Origin: Eledone cirrhosa
Lineage: Eukaryota
Reading direction: 5' to 3'
Assembly (NCBI GenBank): GCA_964016885.1
Contig: OZ024742.1
Span: forward strand, 2,976,001 to 3,040,000
Length of the DNA: 64,000 nucleotides
Part shown: in pieces, positions 57,208 through 64,000 of the stretch
Numbering within the stretch: the first letter of the stretch is position 1
How the letters are laid out: each line of letters opens with the position of its first letter
The notes under the pieces: generated by a model
What the model was told of the DNA's origin: nothing
What the model saw: the letters and a program-made list of their open reading frames with translations, nothing else
The model's database searches: none
Program-made: the position numbers and the translations under genes

Positions 57208-58935
57208 GATGTGTGCTGTTGTTGATGTATGTTGTTGTTGTTGTCTCCGTGTATGTTATTATTGTTGTGTGTGTTGTTATTGTTGTTTCTGAGTATGTTA
57301 TTATTGTTGATGTGTGTGTTATTGTTATTGTTGTTTGTGTTTGTGTGTCTGTTGTTGTTGGGATGTGTGTTGTATATGTGTGTGCGTATGTCGTTACTTT
57401 TGTTTTTGTTTTTGTTTTTGAGGCTCCAACGTAATTTTGTAAATGATTTTTCTATTTCTGACAAACATCTAATCATATTTACCTTCTTGAATGTGGCATA
57501 CTTAGGTGGTAGTTGTAATACAGATAATTCATCAGAGTCGACCGTAGTGTTGCCGTATATATTTGTGTTGTTGTTGTTGAATTCATCTGTTAATGAGTTG
57601 TCGGCTATATTTATACCGTCAATTTTGTCGGGTTATCTATTGGTATTCTCTAAAGTATCTAGATTTAGTTTTATCTGTTTAAGCCACTTTAGTTTCTTGT
57701 TAAAGTGCTTATCACATTCTTGAACAATGTACTGTTCTTCAGGACGTATAAGGTTTATAAGTATTAGTTTTTCTCTTGGTGTGGTGATCTTAGTTATTTT
57801 TTGTATTAGGTTACGCTTATGTTTTTCTTGATGACTTAATTCTCTATAGATCTTTTTATGTTTAGAATTAGTGTTCGTTTTAGTCTATCTGCTTGCTTTT
57901 TGGTGAGCTGTAATCTTCTTACATCGGTGTTGATGGTGTTGGTGTAAACTCGGGACGAGGCAAATTCTTTTATGAAGTGTAGTTGTCGAGATGTTATTGT
58001 TTTTCGTAGACAACAGAACATGGTGGTTTTCAGTATCTTGTTAGCCTGGCTAAGGCTTACGATATTTCGTTTCTGAATTTGTTTAGCAAGATTCCTTTTC
58101 TGAAAACGTGTGTTGAAACCGATATTGTTATACGTTGGGAGGGTCATGTTGCTAATAAGAAACACACGCACCAGTTGCTTTCACTTCAATTTATTATAAT
58201 AAATTTATAAATTTAGGAATTTATAAATTTCCGGTTGGTTGGTTGGTTCCATAACCAGATGTTTGTTTATATATTGTCAAAGTTCTTTCGTCACACATTC
58301 TGTGACCTGTTCAGTGACTGGGGATTCTTTTCTTTGTTTTTGTGCCTCTCCTTTGTTCTGTCCTACGCCATCTTGTTTCTGTGTGTGTGTTGTGTGCTCA
58401 GTCTGCGCATGCGCCACATCCGGGTGTCTGTGTGTGCTTATATTCGTTTATTTATTTGTTTATTTACATGTTACAGGTTGGTTGTTTGTTCTATGTGCGT
58501 GGTGTGTTTTCATTTTGTCCTTAATTGTAAGTTGTGATGTTGCTGTTCCACTCATGTTTTCTATTTAATTTTTGTTGTAATTCTTTTATGTTTATTGCCT
58601 CTGTGATTTGTCTAAACATTGCGTCTTTTCTGTGTGTAGATTTTATTTTTATTTCTATGTTCTCTAATTTACCCTTATGTTCTATTTTAGCATGTTGGTA
58701 GAGTACAGATGATTCTTTACTATCTTTACACACATTCTGTGACCTGAAGAGGTCACAGAATGTGTGACGAAAGAACTTTGACAATATATAAACAACCATC
58801 TGGTTTAGGATCCAACCAACGAACCGAAAATTTATAAATTCCTAAATTTATAAATTTATTATAATAAATTGAAGTGAAAGTAACTGGTGCGTGTGTTTCA
58901 TATTGGCAACATGACCCTCCCAAAGTATAACAATA
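54040..58935 (-). mobile_element. Near full-length Penelope-like element with direct pLTRs (54040-54690, 58062-58726) and an inverted partial pLTR (58727-58935)
   Basis: Canonical PLE layout; the pLTR includes the duplicated endonuclease C-terminus; HHRs at 54251-54293 (-), 58276-58318 (-) and 58744-58782 (+). Confidence 0.92.
54496..58060 (-). pseudogene. PLE RT plus C-terminal GIY-YIG ORF, disrupted
   Basis: LYGLRKDHK, PPTRPV, SVDVVCLYPSI, YAQEEGAAIG, RYVDD, LPVLDT, C..C..C linker, NVVYSVRC..YIGETARSVGERINEH. Confidence 0.9.
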
Positions 58936-59156
<221 letters not shown>

Positions 59157-59224
59157 TTCTAGAAATCTGGAAGGTAATATCCGTGGTGGTAGAGCACTCA
59201 GTCCATAGGACGAGTTAGGTAGGA

Positions 59225-60205
59225 GTGGTTACACAACAGTTAATTCACCATACCGAGAACAATTGTTTAACCTTAGCGCATCTTCGGCTCGTAATGGCCA
59301 TGGTTATACGGAACAGGAAGGACAACCGTACGAACGCGCACGCGCAGAAACGAACACTTCACACAGGCAATACTAAAATGCGTGCGAGAGGTGTAAGGGA
59401 TATAACTGCGAAAGTCCGAAAAGTTTCTAGTTGATAAGAAAATTAGGGTGTTGTTGTAATTCAATCCGGAGCTTTGTAGTTACGTAAGAGGTGTTTCGAG
59501 ACCTGTGGAGAACGTATGAAGAATTCATTACTCGTGTGTAGGCAATCGCTATTGCATAATCTCTTTAGAATATGTATTCGTTCATCAATACATAGTCCAC
59601 ACGACGGATTTCCCCTTGCGTATGGCTTGGACTAAGTGATGGCTTTCCATTGAATGGAGTAGTCTATACTTGAGTTCTTGAGGGACCATACGTGGCTCGC
59701 GAGTTTCGTGGCTGAACGTTTGTCCGAGTACCTAAAGGTCGACTGGTTGTTCAGAAAGCGTTCCTTAAATCCACCCTCCGCCATACCCACATAGGATTTG
59801 TCCTCCTGTGGTTGATTTGGTCGGTTGCAAGTGACCACAGCTTCATAAACTACAGCGGGTGTGTTGCATTGCTGTTGAAGGGGACAAGCTCCGAGCCTAC
59901 GGCAAGAGCATCCTGGTGGGGTGTTGCTCTTGGGGCTGATGGTGATGTGGGCTTTCATGTTCTTAGCGCATGAGTATCCTAGTTTTACTTCGTGTCGGTT
60001 AAAGATGGAGCGGTATTTATGACCTATGGGAAAGTGTCTATCTAAGAGGGCTAGAGATTTTTTGCCTACATTGGTTCTAACGATGAGTGAGAATGGAGGA
60101 GAGAACCAGATAGTTTGTCTATTGTTACGCTTTCTTTTCTTATTGCTGTTGTTGATAGTGGGAGAGTAAGTGATAGGTTGCGAGAAGCTGCTGTTAGCTA
60201 ACGCC
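59225..60205 (-). mobile_element. PLE 3' fragment (same family as 22119-22900) with degenerate HHR at 59247-59304
   Basis: IWFSPPFS, DRHFP, IFNR, CSC..CPL..C, VVYEA, YVG..FKER. Confidence 0.88.
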
Positions 60206-60261
<56 letters not shown>

Positions 60262-60268
<7 letters not shown>

Positions 60269-61103
60269 ATCGGAGAAAGCTAAAAGCGATACTCCGGCCA
60301 AATTCTAACTCACTCAACAAACATTAGGAAATACCTGAGTGTATTCCCAATTAAGCGTTTGGGGTGCTAACTATATTGTGTTGTGTGGATAATTGGCTGT
60401 ATTATTTCATATGAGATATATAAAATATATCATTTCCCAGACGACTCGTTTCATTATAAGATTTCTACAAGTTGGGTGAAATTATACCAAGTTATGTAGA
60501 ACCTTGTATAAGATCAACAGATACTTATTCAAGTGGGCTCTTATAAATCTTCAGTGGGTACCCAATAACATTAATATTGATAACCAAATCAATATCAATA
60601 TTTATCGATAATCACCATCAGTGCTTGAGGGGACTGCTAGGTTGTTAGTCCAGCAGTTCTAAAGAAAATCTCACACTGTCCCGAAAATGGGAGGAAGTAG
60701 GCTACCGCCAAAAATATACATGCGCAGGTCGTTGAACTCTGACAAGAATTCAAGCCACGTGCTAAGAACTGAATTGTATATGAAAATAACAAATGTGCGC
60801 ACCGCTTTATGACCCATATAGATATTTTCTCGGGCAAAATAGCAGAATGAGATACAAGAACAAACAATCAATATTCATCTAAAAAATAAACAAAGAGAGT
60901 CATACCTTATATCGGGAAAGTTCATATCTGTTGCTCCAAGAGTAAATATATAAATACATAATCGGAGAAAGCTAAAAGCGATACTCCGGCCAAATTCCAA
61001 CTCACTCAACAAACATTAGGAAATACCTGAGTATATTCCCAATTAAACGTTTGGGGTGTTAACTATATTGTATTGTGTGGATAATTGGCTGTATTATTTC
61101 ATA

Positions 61104-61106
<3 letters not shown>
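60262..61106 (-). mobile_element. Module with ~150-bp terminal direct repeats (period 692) and a decayed HHR
   Basis: 60262-60414 matches 60954-61106. Reverse complement of 60432-60482 reads cccaac TTGTAGA...GAAA cgag TC gtctggg. Confidence 0.6.
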
Positions 61107-61136
<30 letters not shown>

Positions 61137-61189
61137 AAAATGTATAACCCCGACGGCAGGGCTCAAGCCATTTCGACGGCTATTACATT

Positions 61190-62568
61190 ACGACAGTTAC
61201 ATTTAATTGCCTTCCTATGTGCCGGTTCTTCTATATGGTTTTGTAAATTGTTACGTACGGGCTGAGAATTGGGTTTGTTGATGTATTGTGGTGATGTGTT
61301 CTGACGTGTGTCTGGTTGTGATGATGTTATATGCTTATGTTTTGTATTTGGTGTTATGTTACTTATTTGCGGGTTACTGTATTATAAATTCTTTTATAGT
61401 TAATTTTATGTATGTGCGATTCTATGTTGTTATCAGTGGAGTATGATAGTTTGATAGTTTTTCTATTAAAGATTTTATGATATTTATGAATTTTAAGGAA
61501 GTGTTTGTCAACTAATTTGAAGAAAGTGTAAGGTAGTTTTGTTTTTATAGAGGAGTTAAACACTGGATTGAACCATAAGTACTTTCTATCTCTGCATCTT
61601 CTATAGTTATTAGTGGTCTTTATACTAGTATTCTGTTCAATTAATTCACGTGCTTGTTGCCAATTTCTATGTTTTAGTCCTAGGTTTGTTGCTTCTATAG
61701 GTGTGGATGGTGTTATTTCTATTAAGTGTGTTGTTATTTTTTGTATCTGGTATGTATTTGAGTCTCTCTTTATGGCCTGCCTTAAGTAAAGCTATATTGT
61801 AGTAGTTAGCGTGTTCGTTAAACATCTCTAGATTAGAAGATAGGCGTGAGATTCTAAGGGATATACTATGTGTTATGGAGCTAATTAGGGATCGAGGGTG
61901 ATTAGAGTTATAATTAATGTAAGCTAGATTTTCATTATTTTTATGGGAGTCTTCTATTAGTCCTGTGTTTAGGTTGAGCGAAACATCTAAGAAGTTGTTT
62001 TTTTTAGAGTTGAGTTCAAATGTGATGTTAAAGCCCAGTTTATTAAATAATTTTCTAATCTTTTTACATAATCTTTCTAAGTTTTGATTATTTAGGTTTT
62101 TAGCTAAAAGTAATGTATCGTCTCTATAAATTCCTCCTTGTAGGTTATCAAATTACTTATGTAAGATATGTGCTATATAAATTCCGACAATGTCCGTAAC
62201 TTGGGCTGAATCATTTGATCCCATAATTATATCGAAGTTATTCTGTCTATTTTTTCGCTCCCAGTAACTATTTTCGAATTTAATGATTGTTCTTCTAGCC
62301 GCTAGTATTATTTTAATTTCTTCTGGTGATAGGTCAGAGTTTTTTGTGCAAAGGATTGTGCCTTATTTAGGTTTACTGAGGAAATAGAAGAGTAGTAGTC
62401 ATTAATGTCAAATTGTATGAAGTCGGAAGATTCTCTATTGTCTAATTTATTAAACTAATCTATTCCTTCAGTAGTGTTACCCCAGAGCTTGATTATTAGT
62501 TTTTCTTTAATTTGTGGTATTATTCTATCTAGTATAAACTTGCAAATTCTGCCTATATCTGATTTTGA
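61190..62568 (-). pseudogene. PLE reverse transcriptase fragment
   Basis: QFDIND, MGSNDSAQVTDIVG, GGIYRDDT, FLDV, WFNPVFN, DKHF..IFNR. Confidence 0.8.
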
Positions 62569-62624
62569 TGGAGAGAAAAAGAAAGAAAGAGAGATAGATA
62601 AAGGAAAGAAAGATAGAAAAAGGA

Positions 62625-62700
62625 GAAAGAAAAGAAAAAGAAAAAGAAAAAGAAAAAGAAAAAGAAAAAGAAAAAGAAAAAGAAAAAGAAAAAGAAAAAG
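62625..62700 (+). repeat. (GAAAAA)n repeat
   Basis: Directly visible. Confidence 0.95.
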
Positions 62701-62864
62701 GAGAAATGAAAACAGAGAAAGATATAGAGAGAAAAAAGATATAGAGAAAGGATATCTGAAGGATCATAAATATAGAGAAAGGATATCTGAAGGATCATAA
62801 ATGTAACTTCGAAACTGACCCTACTATTAGATTAATATGTCCATCAAAACAAAATCTTTTATAG

Positions 62865-63555
62865 AAAAATTATCAAACTATCATACTCCACTGCCAACAA
62901 CATAGAATCGCAGATACATAAAATTAACTATAAAAGAATTTATAATACAAGTAACCCGCAAATAAGTACCATAACACCAAATACAAATCATAAGCATATA
63001 ACATCATCACAACCAAACACACGTCAGAACACATCACCACAATACATCAACAAATCCAATTCACAGCCCGTACATAACAATTTACAAAACCATATAGAAG
63101 AACCGGCACATAGGAAGGCATCTAAATGTAACTGTCATCTACCTGACAAATGCCCATTACAAAATAGATGCCTATATTCAAATATAGTATACCTTTGTAC
63201 TATAAATTCAGGCAGCTTAACACATGGCACTACATAGGATCTACAGCTGGGGAGTTTAAGAAAAGGTGATATGTCCACAGAGACTCTAAGAATAACAGGA
63301 AGCTCATAAATACAACAACTCTCGCCAATAAAATCTGGCAACTCAGAGATGCAAACATGGAATATAAAATCAGCTGGACGAAGCTGTCAACAGCAACGGC
63401 CTATCGAATTGGCATGTTCCACTGTGGTCTTTGTAATATGGAACGTTTCTAAATATTAAATTACAACAAAATGCTACTTAACAGTCAAATTGAAAGAACT
63501 ATTTTCTGTAAGCATAAAACGGCGACCAAATTTGAGAACTTTAGACCAGCTTAAT
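62865..63555 (+). pseudogene. PLE GIY-YIG fragment, inverted relative to and overlapping the 61190-61470 sequence
   Basis: IKLSYS.., CNC..CPLQNRC..NIVY, YIGSTAGEFKKR, TLANKIWQL, CGLCNME, CKH. Confidence 0.8.
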
Positions 63556-64000
63556 TCATCTTATCTATTCCATAACCAAAATTGTACCACCTAGATCTAT
63601 TATAATATCACTTCATCATCATTATTGTTATAATTGTCATCATCTATCAATGAACCAACATCAAAACCTCTTATATCTACATTCATATTTTATGTATCTC
63701 TATCTTTCACTTTATATCTCTCTATTTCTCTCCTTAAATTTATTTCATCTCTGGGATTTTAATTTATCTTATCATATCATTTTCACTTCTAATACAACAT
63801 ACAACTAATTAATCATATGATTAATTAATTATATAATTAATTTATTAAAATAATCAATACACACATAAATATATTTAACATTATCATGTTTATACCTTCG
63901 TATCTCTCTATAACCACTTTCAATAATCTTAATATGTTTAAATTTCTTCGCACATTTTTACTTATTTATTTTCATATTTTCATATTTCATATTTTGTATC

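Overview
Repeat-saturated metazoan (eukaryotic) DNA. tRNA-derived SINEs, abundant (TA)n/(CA)n/(TATC)n microsatellites and the retroelement mix suggest a mollusc/cephalopod-type genome (inference). I see no intact host gene. Contents: (1) six co-oriented Tx1/L1-clade LINE copies (8.4-32 kb), each ending in AATAAA (AATAAT in copy 6) and bounded by (TATC)n; (2) several Penelope-like elements (PLEs), one near full-length at 54.0-58.9 kb; (3) about 18 minimal type-I hammerhead ribozyme (HHR) motifs from about 10 unrelated sequence contexts, several in short non-coding modules with terminal direct or inverted repeats (retrozyme/solo-pLTR-like); (4) a full-length decayed RTE LINE and a tandem bipartite non-autonomous RTE sharing a structured 5' leader; (5) two non-autonomous Helitrons and a rearranged mariner; (6) a 10.7-kb 42-bp minisatellite with a ~5.2-kb higher-order duplication. 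Most ORFs in the track are microsatellite or antisense artefacts. All calls are by eye; no searches or folding were run.
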